Shown in pieces: positions 1-12,900 of a stretch of 64,000 nt of DNA. The DNA is from Eledone cirrhosa. Its lineage: Eukaryota. The position numbers and the translations under genes are program-made. Under the pieces are notes generated by a model. The model was not told the DNA's origin. It made no database searches and saw nothing but the letters and a program-made list of their open reading frames with translations. The first letter of the stretch is position 1. Every line of letters begins with the position of its first letter. Location: the NCBI GenBank assembly GCA_964016885.1, contig OZ024746.1, positions 6,448,001-6,512,000 on the forward strand, given 5' to 3'.

Positions 1-95
1 ACATACATACAGGATTATATATGTGTGGGTGTATGTGTGTGTGTGTGTGTGTTTATAGATGTATGTGTGTGTGCATTTGTGTATATATATATAGA

Positions 96-693
96 ATACA
101 GAATAGCTGGACACTCACAGTAAAGTGACCAGTGAAAAACTCGGTACATCTACATATGTATACGTGTGTGTATTCATATGCATACTAGTATTTCAGTATA
201 CATATGTGGATGTACATTTTTAACTTAATTGTTTAAGCGTCAGTCATACAAAAGTCAGTTACAAACGAAACGAAATTTAATTTCGTTTCGTTATTTGTTT
301 TTATCGTCTCCGTTGAACCGGTACGTACTCACGCTCTATGCAAATTAGTCTGCCCACTACTAATTTTCATAGAAAAAGCATATAACGATATGTGCTTTTA
401 CGATTCTCTAGAAAGGCCGGAAGATAGGTAAATATTGCTGATGAGATGTAACAACATCGAAACTAGTTCAATATTCCTTGTCTGGCTTTCTGGAGAATAG
501 AGGAAAGGTGTTTCCTCAAAAACCAGTATGACTCTAAAAACCGGTTTGTCTGTGTGTTTACATACAGAATAGCTGGACACTCACAGTAAAGTGACCAGTG
601 AAAAACTCGGTACATCTACATATGTATACGTGTGTGTATTCATATGCATACTAGTATTTCAGTATACATATGTGGATGTACATTTTTAACTTA

Positions 694-698
<5 letters not shown>
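96..698 (+). mobile_element. Retrozyme-like element: 466-bp unit plus 137-bp direct terminal redundancy, one type I hammerhead, flanked by (TA)n
   Basis: 96-232 is repeated at 562-698. Hammerhead at 431-475, ATGCAAAT at 338-345, TA runs on both sides. Confidence 0.75.
431..475 (+). ncRNA. Minimal type I hammerhead ribozyme
   Basis: AATATTG-CTGATGA-GATGT(AACA)ACATC-GAAA-CTAG-TT-CAATATT. Perfect 7-bp stem I, 5-bp stem II, palindromic stem III (ACTAGT), GUU cleavage triplet. Stem I extends further (TTCTCTAGAAAG / CTTTCTGGAGAA). Confidence 0.9.
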
Positions 699-738
<40 letters not shown>

Positions 739-740
<2 letters not shown>

Positions 741-923
741 CAAAGGAATTGTGGTAAGGAACCAGATGGACCATAACGCACCAGAATACTCAATACTTAG
801 GGTAGTAGAGTGGGAAATAGGAAAAAGTATGACCCCGACGGCAGAGCTCGAGCCGTTTCGACGGCTATTTCCAGAAATAGCCGTCGAAACGGCTTGAGCT
901 CTGCCGTCGGGGTCATACTTTTT

Positions 924-928
<5 letters not shown>
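739..928 (-). mobile_element. Short (TA)n-inserted element with inverted duplication (family A; other copies at 6951-7105, 9755-9946, 16135-16284)
   Basis: Arms 817-871 and 874-928 are near-perfect inverted repeats. The body is homologous to three other copies, all flanked by (TA)n. Confidence 0.75.
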
Positions 929-972
<44 letters not shown>

Positions 973-1344
973 ATATCCATGATATGACCGACAAAGAAGA
1001 TTGATTTATTTTCTTCGTTTATTCCATGTTTACCTTTTTTTCCTAATGTAACTTTTCTATTACTACTGTTACACTCACGGCTTCTTCTTTGATTAACTAA
1101 CTTTCCATTAATCAGAGTAACAACTTTCTCTCCCTCCCTCCCTTGCTCTCTCCTTCCTTCACTCTCTCCCCCTCTCTATCACTCTCCCTCTCTCCTTCTT
1201 TCACATTTCCTCTTTACTGTCTCTCATATTCGTGTTCTCTTCCTGTTCCTTCCCATCCACTTGCTGGCGTATGTTCAGCTTCTAATTCTCCATTTCCGGC
1301 CCTTCTTTCAATCAGTCCTTAACCTCCAAAGAGACAAGACATAA

Positions 1345-1527
1345 TTGTTTCTACTTTTGGCACAAGGCCAGCAATTATGCCAGTGTATTACTGGTACTTT
1401 ATTTTATCGACGCCGTAAGGATGAAAGGCAAAGTTAACCTCGGCGGGATTTGAACTCAGATCATAAAGGGACGTAACTCTATGCTTCAAAGCATGGTGTC
1501 CGACTCTCTACCGATACTGCCGATCCA
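1345..1527 (-). mobile_element. tRNA-derived SINE with Meta-type central domain
   Basis: Reverse strand has B-box GAGTTCAAATCCCGCC followed by CTTTGCCTTTCATCC...TCGATAAAATAAAGTACCAG; many copies in the window. Confidence 0.8.
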
Positions 1528-1679
1528 AAGACATAATGCTCTCCTCCACACCTCCATCTTTTTATGTAAATCTATTCATATCAGCCCACCTTAGCGTCTC
1601 ACAATTTACACAGCCTACCTCTACCCAATCTCCTCATCTTTCCAGTAGTATCACGTTTTATGATGTTTCTTTATGAAGG

Positions 1680-1860
1680 ACGGTGGATTGGCAGTAATTG
1701 GTAGAGCGTCAGACAACATGCTTTGCGGCATAGAGTTACGTCCCTTTACCTTTTGAGTTCAAATCCCGCTGAGATTAACTTTGCTATTCATCCTTACGGG
1801 GTTGATAAAATAACGTACCCAGTCATGTACTGGAGTTCGATATAATCGATATCTCCCACC
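1680..1860 (+). mobile_element. Meta-type SINE
   Basis: CGGTGGATTGGCAG...GAGTTCAAATCCCGC...CATCCTTACGGGGTTGATAAAATAA. Confidence 0.8.
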
Positions 1861-1942
1861 ACCAATTTTTGTTGCTGTTGTTGTTGTTGTTGCTGCTGCT
1901 GTTGTTGTTGTTATTGTTGTCATTGTTGTTGTTGTTGTTGTT

Positions 1943-1975
<33 letters not shown>

Positions 1976-2380
1976 GCTGTTACTGCTGCTGTTATTGCTG
2001 TTGTTGCTGTGAATTATTATAGTTATATTATTTAGTATAATTCTCTTAAATATTTTAATCTTATTCAACTCGTTTCTCTTATTACGTTTTCAGTTTCTAA
2101 TTCTGAGAGTCCAAGACAAAGAACTTGCAGAGTCGTTGTGATTATAAGAAAACTCTATTATATGCCATATACATATATTGAAGGAAGACTTCTGAACAAT
2201 GACTAGCTGCCTCTGAAGGTATGTCATGATATTTATTCTATATTGAAATGAACCTCGTGATATTCTTCTTGAATAAAACATAAAAGTTTGAGTTGCAAAA
2301 GATTAATGTTTCTTTTTTAAAACAAAGCGGCTGGCGTAGGAAGCATTGGGAATTTTTGAAATCGGAAATGCGGGGATGCC

Positions 2381-2428
<48 letters not shown>

Positions 2429-2717
2429 ATAATAATAAATGTGAAGACTAAAATCCAAAGAGGGCTCGATAAGGATAAATATATATCAAATATATAAGTT
2501 TCAGAAGATCTCGTTAAGGGTGAAAGCAGCGACTCTTTGCTTAAACTTTAATCTGTTATGTTAATAAATATATATATATATACACTCACACATATATGGA
2601 AAATTCATTTAATGGAGGTATAACTAATAACAATGGAAGAGCCGCCAGCACTTATTTTATTGGGATACACTTCTAATGGACTATGATTTATATATTTGGT
2701 ACCTGTTATGTTAGAAT

Positions 2718-2905
2718 TCTTCTTCTTCTTCTTCTTCTTCTTCTTCTTCTTCTTCTTCTTCTTCTTCTTCTTCTTCTTCTTCTTCTTCTTCTTCTTCTTC
2801 TTCTTCTTCTTCTTCGCCCACTTATCCTTAGAGGGTCGTGGGAGCAGAGTCCTCAAACACTCCTTCCAGTGGGTCATGTCAGAAGCAACCGTTTCTATCT
2901 GATCC
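2718..2905 (-). mobile_element. 3' end of RTE-like LINE with (GAA)n tail
   Basis: (CTT)n followed by CGCCCACTTATCC...TCCTCAAACACTCCTTCCAG; homologous to the 3' end of the RT-bearing fragment at 29730-30260. Confidence 0.7.
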
Positions 2906-2982
2906 GGAATAATTATAATCGATCAGTATAAATAAGAGTTTTAAAAATCGTGTCAAATAATCCCGATGATGGCGAAAATAGG

Positions 2983-3057
2983 CAGAGACGCTTGCGACGA
3001 ATCGAACCCTGCATCTCTCGGATGGCGGGCAAGTGCGTTACACGCAACGTTTAGAGA
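2983..3057 (-). pseudogene. Degenerate tRNA-like sequence (tRNA-Gly-like or SINE head)
   Basis: Minus strand TTGCCCGCCATCCGAGAGATGCAGGGTTCGATTC resembles an anticodon arm plus T-arm/B-box; no intact cloverleaf. Confidence 0.35.
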
Positions 3058-4667
3058 GGCACTGACTACCAATCCCGTTTTTTTTTTAAATATGATTTAA
3101 ACCCGTAGCTAGAAATAAAGTAGTCGACTTAGGAAGTATTGTGAAATATGTGTGTACCAACGCAACTGACTATAATAATAGTCGAACACTATAAATAATG
3201 ATTTCTTTACTAACGCAGGGCTTACATGAATGAAACTTTAAGGGCGGTACAGACTGAACAGGACAGATAAAGTGTGGGGTTTAGCATGTAAAATGTGCAT
3301 GTAACGAGATTACTATAGATAATAGGCGAGAACAATTGGGTAAAGAATAATTGGGCACGGAAAAGAGTGGCACATGGAATGGAAATCGGTATTTCTGGGA
3401 GAGTGCATTAACCACTCCGCTAAAGAGTCGTTGTTCACCAAATATGTCTTTTTTCAAAGAGATTTTAAACTGTAACTGTAGCGAGAAATATAAACATTCC
3501 AGTAGACTTAGGAATCATTGGGTGTCCAAGGATACTGGGATACCTTATCAGTTTTCTCAGGTATTATATATAGTGATTTCCCAAGTATTCCTCAGGTGAC
3601 CCTTTTAATTATACTTCTAGCTATAGCTCCATAAATCTTATAAAATGTAGAATTGGTGACCAGTGATTATTTAGTATTATGGTTAATACACTAGTCGTTG
3701 GTCCAGGAGACGCAGGTTTCAATATATGTATCGGCAGTATATGTATTATATAAAACATGAAATGCCTGTGTACATTCTCCAATAGACTTTGTACACTCTG
3801 ATTTCTGAGCTACTGATATAATATGTTTGGAAATTTAACCTTTCCCAGTTTTCCTATCAGCTATTCGTTTGTGAACGTGTCATTTTTGAAATGCTAAGCA
3901 AAGCAAATATACCTAATTCTGAATAATCCTTTAAACTTGACAATCATTCATTCCTCAATGTCAAACTCAATGATATGGTCTCGTAACTCCTAATAGAATG
4001 GGGGCCCCATATTAACATACGGCGTTTCTTAGGCATGTTTAAGCCTAGCAGAGCTCATCCTTCTCCAGGTCTGGACACAGTGGATTTCTTACAGAGGAAG
4101 ATAGAAAGTGCGAGAATGGAAGTGAGAATGAGAGATAGAGAGGAAGAATCGACCCACGTACGTGCCCAATTTTTCAGAATTGTATATATGTTACAATTTA
4201 TTTTTATTTAACTCAATATTTAATATATAACAGCATAATCGATTTATAAACTTTACTTCCAAGCTAAACTAATATATTTCGTCTTAATATGACCCTTTGA
4301 AATATATTCATGCCATTTTCTAACGCTTTCCTAATTGTTAACATTCTGTTTCCATATTACAATGAACGGCTATATTGTAGCCCAGTATATTTACTTATTT
4401 CTGAATCCACAAAATAGAAATATTTGGTATAGGATTCGATTGTTCATATCCATTACGATATCTGAATATAATTATTCACGAGGAAAGCTGGGACAATCCT
4501 TTAATTTTGTCTAATAAAAGAGAGGGGCTTATGATGCAAGAGATACTGTATCACTCTCATGCTTAATAAACATGAAATCTGTATTTCTTTTCAAATGTTA
4601 TAGTAATATTGTATAAATCTTGATCTATCGATTTTCATATTGACTATATACTCTAGGATTTTTGCAT

Positions 4668-4683
4668 ATTTATTTATTTTCAG
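4668..4683 (+). other. 3' splice acceptor in front of the GPCR coding exon
   Basis: TTTATTTATTTTCAG|G ends at 4683. An in-frame TAA at 4689-4691 precedes ATG 4713, so the intron lies in the 5' UTR. Confidence 0.6.
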
Positions 4684-4712
4684 GACGATAATTGGTACTT
4701 GAAGTAAGAAGC

Positions 4713-5774
4713 ATGGAGGCTGTCACTTCTACGTTAGATTCCGGTTTTATTAAACATCTCTCCAACAGCAGCGACACTATACATGAGGAATTTTACCATA
4801 TGGCACAATATATCACTGGACTAATTGTTTATCCGATCACTTGTGTTTTTGGTATTGCTGGCAATATACTTACATTGGTCGTGCTCTCACACAAAGATTT
4901 AGCTACATCAACTAATGTTTATCTCTCAGCACTTGCTGTCGGAGATCTAATCAAATTGATCAACGATACATTCTATTTTATTGTTCTACTCATAAAAACT
5001 TGGAATCCTGATAAAGGTGATGAATCCCTTTCAAGACTTTATCCATACGCCCATTACTTGTTTAATCTATCTTTATGTATCACAGGATGGCTAACCGTAT
5101 CGGTTGCATTTGAACGTTATATTTGTATATGCCACCCGACAAGAGCGAAAGAGATGTGTACAGTTTTTAGAGCTCGCATTGTGAGCACTTTTGTATTTAT
5201 ATTTATGATAATATTCTCACTTCCGTCAGCCCTTCGATACAAAACTGTTGTACGGTTACGACCTTACTCTAATGACTCATATCATGATGTCGAACTTACA
5301 GAGTTAGGTGGAAATGATGCATTTATGACTCCCTATACCTGGGTACAAAATTGCTTGAGAACGCTTTTACCTTTACTTATATTAGTTTTTTTAAATGCTC
5401 GAATTGTTCATGAGTTGAGAAAATCACGTGTTCCAGGTAAAAAATTATCCTCAAGAAATCGTATCACTTTGATGTTAATCGTTGTAGTGATCGTATTTAT
5501 TATTTGTATTACTCCAGACGCTATAATGTCTACAGTATTTGGATTTGGTTATTACGATGAGACAAATTTAGTTAGGGGAATCAGAGAAATTACTGATACG
5601 TTACTGGCAATCAATTCAGCATGTAATTTTGTACTCTATTGTACAATGAGCAAAATCTTTAGAGAAACCTTCGTTAAAATGTTTATGAGGGAATGTACAT
5701 GGTGTCCATTGTGGTGTTCAAATAAATGGAAACAGGAATCTCAAACAAATCACACTAATTCCACTGTAAAATGA
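4713..5774 (+). CDS. Class A (rhodopsin-like) neuropeptide GPCR, FMRFamide/sex-peptide/myosuppressin receptor-like, 353 aa
   Basis: Seven hydrophobic segments; TM1 GIAGN, TM2 LAVGD, TM3 ERYICICHP, TM6 FIICITP, TM7 NSACNFVLY. The track's TTG start at 4692 is unlikely in a eukaryote; first ATG is 4713. Confidence 0.93.
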   Translation: MEAVTSTLDSGFIKHLSNSSDTIHEEFYHMAQYITGLIVYPITCVFGIAGNILTLVVLSHKDLATSTNVYLSALAVGDLIKLINDTFYFIVLLIKTWNPDKGDESLSRLYPYAHYLFNLSLCITGWLTVSVAFERYICICHPTRAKEMCTVFRARIVSTFVFIFMIIFSLPSALRYKTVVRLRPYSNDSYHDVELTELGGNDAFMTPYTWVQNCLRTLLPLLILVFLNARIVHELRKSRVPGKKLSSRNRITLMLIVVVIVFIICITPDAIMSTVFGFGYYDETNLVRGIREITDTLLAINSACNFVLYCTMSKIFRETFVKMFMRECTWCPLWCSNKWKQESQTNHTNSTVK

Positions 5775-5848
5775 TAGAACAGCTTATAAAACATTGCGTC
5801 TTACGGAATTAATATATAATATAATTATTTCTTTTATAGAGTTTCTGA

Positions 5849-5854
5849 AATAAA
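5849..5854 (+). terminator. Candidate polyadenylation signal AATAAA
   Basis: First AATAAA downstream of the stop codon; the AT-rich context makes it uncertain (another lies near 6399). Confidence 0.3.
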
Positions 5855-6815
5855 ATATAGTTACAGACGTTTATTGAACTTTTGTTACTTTACATATTTT
5901 TGATGCTGACTTACCGATGCATCAACCTATGGTGCTCTCTACAGAAACATAAAACACCGGTGCTGACCATATTGATATTAAGAAAATCTCTATTATTAAT
6001 CAAATGATGGTACTGAGAAAAGAAAACAATATGAATTCATTATTGATGAAAAGATATTGCTGAAGGTATCTCTAAACATAATCACCGATACTAATTAGCA
6101 ATTTACAACGGCCAATTACAAATAATGATAATTATTTTGAGAAGAATATTGAACATATCTGAACTAAAACATCTTAATTTAATTCGATTTTGCCAAAATA
6201 TTATACACTTGGTATTAAATGATCATTCACCATGACATAAACATAATAATTTTATGGAGTAAATGACTGTAATGAATTAGTTGCAGCTATACTGAACTTC
6301 GAGATAAATGAAAGTAATATTATAGGCTAAATATCGTAACAAATTATTTGATATTAAAGAGTGGATATTAATATGTTGTGGTCATGTCGATACATTCCAA
6401 TAAAACGGAAAACATTTACTTTTATGCAAAAACAAAACAATATTGTTCATTTAAATTTCTTATTGAATCGTAGGACAACGTTTTCGATTTTACGAACGGG
6501 AAGAAGTTCGATTTGAAAATGAGGGTTTAATTATGTCGGTGCTAACGTTTAACAAGAAAATAGAAGAAAAACGATATGTACTGGATCTATACTTTATATT
6601 TACAGACTTCTGATAAAAATATGTTTATTCTAAAGAAATCATGTTCAATATTGTCACGTTTAGTATCAACGATTAAACTTCGGCTCATTACAAATAAACT
6701 ATGGAAGATAAAAGAGGAAATAAAAAGGTCTTATGAAGAGTTTCAGATATTTCATACGAAAATAGAAATAGAGAAATATAAACAATCTTTTCTGTATACG
6801 TGTGCATACACATAC

Positions 6816-6846
<31 letters not shown>

Positions 6847-6914
6847 TGCACACAAACACACGCGCACACACACATGCACACACACACACGCACACACGCA
6901 CACATACGCACACA

Positions 6915-6950
<36 letters not shown>

Positions 6951-6953
<3 letters not shown>

Positions 6954-7101
6954 ATTAGAGTGTGGTAAAATACCAGGTCGACCATAATCCACCAGACTAC
7001 TCGATACTGGGGTAGAAGCGTGGGTAATATAAAAAGATTCAGGACCCCGACGGCTGAGCTCCTGCCGTTTCGACAGCTCGGCCATCGGCGTCCTGAAATC
7101 T

Positions 7102-7105
<4 letters not shown>
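6951..7105 (-). mobile_element. Family A (TA)n-inserted element, diverged copy with inverted segment
   Basis: GACCCCGACGGCTGAGCTC..GCCGTTTCGAC is shared with 739-928; imperfect hairpin; TA flanks. Confidence 0.65.
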
Positions 7106-7166
<61 letters not shown>

Positions 7167-7313
7167 AATATATATATATATGGATGAGGTTATAGTTCAC
7201 TTGAAGCATTGTGTAATGAGGTATAAACGTTTGAATATGTATAATAACGCCAAAACAATGCACGTATGGACATACCTGCATTGTTTTGGCTTTATTATAC
7301 ATATTCAAACGTT

Positions 7314-7401
<88 letters not shown>

Positions 7402-7684
7402 AATGTATATATATATATATGTATATATATATACATTCATAAATACATATATACAGATACATATATGTACCTAATACATATGTGTTGAGGAAGAGTCTGT
7501 TGTGTGTGGACTATTGTGTTTAATGCATATAGACATTAAATCGAATTTATAATAATAGTTACATGATTCTTTCTGAGACTTCTGATAATTTCACTCCCCC
7601 ATGTGCACAAACACACACTCACGCACACATACCAACACACACACATATATATATATATAATACATATAATATATATATATATAA

Positions 7685-7716
<32 letters not shown>

Positions 7717-7754
7717 CATACATATAATATATATATCATACATATAATATATCA

Positions 7755-7824
<70 letters not shown>

Positions 7825-7878
7825 TACATATAATATATATATATCATACATATAATATATCATACATACAATATATCA

Positions 7879-7942
<64 letters not shown>

Positions 7943-7945
7943 TAC

Positions 7946-8038
<93 letters not shown>

Positions 8039-8076
8039 TGATATATTATATGTATGATATATATATATTATATGTA

Positions 8077-8126
<50 letters not shown>

Positions 8127-8148
8127 TTATATATATATATATTATATG

Positions 8149-8191
<43 letters not shown>

Positions 8192-8280
8192 GAGAGTAAA
8201 ACAAATAATCCTTTAATACATCAAAAGTTTTTATTAGCCGACAATGTTTCGTCCTATTAAGGACTCATCAGGGCAATCAA

Positions 8281-8323
<43 letters not shown>

Positions 8324-8330
8324 TTCAAAA
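7106..8330. repeat. Compound (TA)n/(CA)n microsatellite field with small inserts
   Basis: Long TA runs visible directly. Confidence 0.9.
8231..8280 (-). ncRNA. Minimal type I hammerhead ribozyme in a ~100-bp insert within (TA)n
   Basis: Minus strand TTGATTGCC-CTGATGA-GTCCT(TAAT)AGGAC-GAAA-CATTG-TC-GGCTAATAA; canonical GUC site. Confidence 0.88.
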
Positions 8331-8363
8331 TATTGACAAAATATATATTCTTGTGATCAAGTA

Positions 8364-8430
8364 TATTTTATTATACATATTTCAGAGGTACTGAGTTAAC
8401 TTCAACAGTACGTCCTCATCAGATAAAATA
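8364..8430 (-). ncRNA. Type I hammerhead ribozyme (TATTTTAT stem I family)
   Basis: Minus strand TATTTTAT-CTGATGA-GGACGTACTG..CAGTACCTCT-GAAA-TATGTA-TA-ATAAAATA. Confidence 0.7.
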
Positions 8431-8572
8431 AGATGATGGATGACATACCCTGACATAGTAGATGGTTAAGATTCAGTCATGGTAGTACTCCAATCTATTG
8501 TAAAACTCATTCTTTGATTTATTCATTGAACCTTGTTTAACCTTTAAATATATCATACATATAATCTATATG

Positions 8573-8612
<40 letters not shown>

Positions 8613-8634
8613 CGTGCGTGTGTGTGTGTATATA

Positions 8635-8672
<38 letters not shown>

Positions 8673-8919
8673 ACTCCTAACAATAATACGAGTTTGTTTC
8701 ACCTCTTTCTTTATCACAGTTTCCTTTCTACTTTAATTTGTCTTCCGTATTCTTCCCTTCAAGAGTATCGTGTCCTCCCTCTCTTTCTAGCTTCCGACGA
8801 AGGACTAGCATCCGAAACTTAAATCTTTTTTCCAACTGTGTTAAAGTGATTATTGTATTATATTATTGAAATTTTCTCTTGTGTTGTTGTTTTTTCTTGA
8901 TTATTCCATATACATATAA

Positions 8920-8988
<69 letters not shown>

Positions 8989-9008
8989 CATACAACACGC
9001 ACATACAA

Positions 9009-9061
<53 letters not shown>

Positions 9062-9064
9062 AAT

Positions 9065-9155
<91 letters not shown>

Positions 9156-9169
9156 TAGTTGAGGACGCG

Positions 9170-9718
9170 AGAATTGGTTGAGGACTTCCTGTATCTGGGA
9201 GCAAAGATTGGGAATACAGAAGATGATGTGGTTGAGAGGAAGATCAAAGCCTATGCGGCGTCCCACAATTTGAGATCCGTAAAGGCCTGAAGATCCGTCT
9301 ATTCATTGCTGCAGTGGAGTCTGTGCTGCTGTACGGGTCTGAGACTTGGACACTGACCAGGAAACTCACTCAGATGGTGGATGGGTGCTACCCGAGAATG
9401 CTGAGGATGGCTCTGAACATTAATTAGGATACACTGAGAATGAAGAACTCAGAGCTGTACGGGAGACTCCCAAAAGTCAGCTCGAAAGTAGCACAGAGGA
9501 GACTGAGGTTAGCTGGACATGCTCACCGACATCCAGAGTTGACACTGCTCTCAGTGCTCCTGTGGGGATTCTGCATGCACACACTGGAAGAATGAGACCG
9601 AGATTGACATATGTTGATGCCCTAAGGATGTCTCTTGGAGACGCAGGACATGGCAACGATAATGATGAACAGAGACCGCTGGAGAGAACTCGTCCATCGA
9701 TCTCCGGAATTTTACCCG

Positions 9719-9720
<2 letters not shown>
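9170..9720 (+). pseudogene. Decayed RTE-like LINE reverse transcriptase C-terminal fragment
   Basis: Translates to [14 protein letters not shown]... and LKIRLFIAAVESVLLYGSETWTLT...RMLRMALNI, typical of LINE RT thumb regions; frameshifted. Confidence 0.8.
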
Positions 9721-10070
<350 letters not shown>

Positions 10071-10334
10071 AAACCAAGAACGCTTACATACTCAAACAGT
10101 TTTTATTTGCTTACAATGTTTCATCCATACCGTTTGGTAGGAATCCTTAGAGCTTAATAAACACAGTGCTGAGTAAAACTGTTTGACTATGTAAGCGTTC
10201 TTTGGTTTCTTTTACATATAATGGCTCTGTTCTTGTACATTGAGCTAACAAAATACTGTCATAATACAACACGGTGCAGGTGTGTTTATGCACATATGCT
10301 CCGTGCTATGCGTAAATAAATAAATATATATATA

Positions 10335-10451
<117 letters not shown>

Positions 10452-10648
10452 GTAGATAAATCTACCAAGAGTTTACGGTAGTGTCCAATCCGTATGAAGA
10501 ACTCAATGTAATCCGGATATCATGGAAAGAAGAGATGCAATGAAAAATCACTTCGGTGAAAGATAAACGGAATACAGAGTCAAGATAAAATATTAAAAAA
10601 ATAATGAATAAAACAATGAAACAGTTCCTTATATTAAACAAAAAAAGT

Positions 10649-10800
10649 TCATTATTTAACGATCGTTTCTGGGATATATATGTGTTAGAATTGGCATGTA
10701 TATTTAACAGATCTATGTACAAAATTATACAAAATTATACAAACTATCAAAATTAAATATACATACCAACTCATATATATGCCGTCTTCAGAAATAATGA
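10649..10800 (-). ncRNA. Type I hammerhead with very long stem II
   Basis: Minus strand TCATTATTT-CTGAAGA-[~115-nt imperfect hairpin]-GAAA-CGATCG-TT-AAATAATGA. 9-bp stem I, palindromic stem III; homolog at 29004-29133. Confidence 0.75.
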
Positions 10801-11386
10801 AATATATTTATTGATAAGAACAACAATTCAAAATTACAGGTCTGTTTGGGAACAGAGTTCAAATTGACCAATGGAAACACAAAAAGTTTATACAGTTAGG
10901 TGTGTGTATATATGTAAGTAACTTCGTTCACAGATATGCATAAAAATATATGTTCACATGCATACGCATGCCGTAAAGATGTATGTAAATACAAAAATTC
11001 AGGGCTAATGTCTCTGTATGTTTATAATCTACAGATAAAATACATATACGCATATAAACATATAAATATAAAAATAAATATATACACATTCATATACTCA
11101 CACATATACATACATTCACACACACACGCGCATATACGCATAAACATACACACAACCACGAACATACATACACACACACACTCACACACACATATATGTG
11201 TACATACTATTATCATAAGCATATGGACATTAATGCGCGCACATAAACACTGCCACACATATTTAGATCCAGATACAGAAAGTAGGTGGGGGGGGGAAGA
11301 GGTCAGTATTTACTGGTGTCAGCAAACTGCCTATTTATAAATGTATCTATAAATTTAGAAATAAAAAGAAAAAGAAAAATATTAAG

Positions 11387-11389
<3 letters not shown>

Positions 11390-11445
<56 letters not shown>

Positions 11446-11717
11446 AAGTAAAATATAAAATATACATCGATATACATACATATATATATATCTATATATA
11501 TATATACATATATATACATACATATACATACACATATACATAAACACATACATACACATACATATACATACACACACCATATATATACACATACACATAC
11601 ACACACGCGCATACATATAGAGACACATACATATACACATATAAATACATAGACATATACATATATACACACATATATATATATATATACACACATACAT
11701 ATATACATACATTCACA

Positions 11718-11764
<47 letters not shown>

Positions 11765-11824
11765 TATATCTATACACACATACATAAATACACTCATGTA
11801 TATACACATATACACATAGATACC

Positions 11825-11874
<50 letters not shown>

Positions 11875-11875
11875 C

Positions 11876-11914
<39 letters not shown>

Positions 11915-11993
11915 TATACACACATACACACACACATGTACACATACACATATACACAAAGATATATATATATACACACACGTACATAATAAA

Positions 11994-12033
<40 letters not shown>

Positions 12034-12333
12034 CACATATATATACATACATACATATATATACTCATACATAGACATACATATATACACACACACATAC
12101 ACACATACATATACGCATATATACACATACATACACATCCATGTATGCGTATACACATACAAACACAACCACACGCTCACACAACTCAGACATACATAAA
12201 TAAAGGGATATACATACGCATATATACATATATAAATAGAGATATATATGCACATATAAATATATACACACATACACACACACACACATATACATACACA
12301 TACATACATACATACATATACATACATACACAC

Positions 12334-12382
<49 letters not shown>

Positions 12383-12584
12383 TATACATATATATAAAAA
12401 TAAAGAAATAAAAAAATAAAAGAAATAAATAAAAGAAATAAATAAATTAATTAATTAATACACCCAGTCAGACAAATATGCACACACATACATATATATA
12501 TATATACACATATACATATATATATATATATATACATACATATACATACATATATATATATATATACACATACACACATCAACT

Positions 12585-12669
<85 letters not shown>

Positions 12670-12788
12670 TACACACACTCACATATACATGCACATATAC
12701 GTACATATATACACATACACATATATACACATAGACGTATACATGCGCATACATATACATACACACATATACCCACATAAGTACATAG

Positions 12789-12877
<89 letters not shown>

Positions 12878-12900
12878 CATATATATATACATACAATCAT
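11390..12900. repeat. Degenerate (TA)/(CA)/(TACA) microsatellite block
   Basis: Directly visible; source of the many YI/CV ORFs. Confidence 0.9.

Noticed and set aside
817-928. Hammerhead or SECIS in the family A hairpin (GTCGAAACGGC; ATGACCCCG)
   Set aside because: No CUGANGA core in any of the four copies and no proper stem III/UH; the SECIS quartet partner and AA loop are not evident.
2501-2537. Hammerhead-like CAGAAGA..GAAAG in a TA-flanked island
   Set aside because: Core mismatch and no convincing stem I or stem III.
4692-4712. TTG start of the GPCR given by the ORF track
   Set aside because: Eukaryotic gene; ATG 4713 is the first AUG after an in-frame stop.
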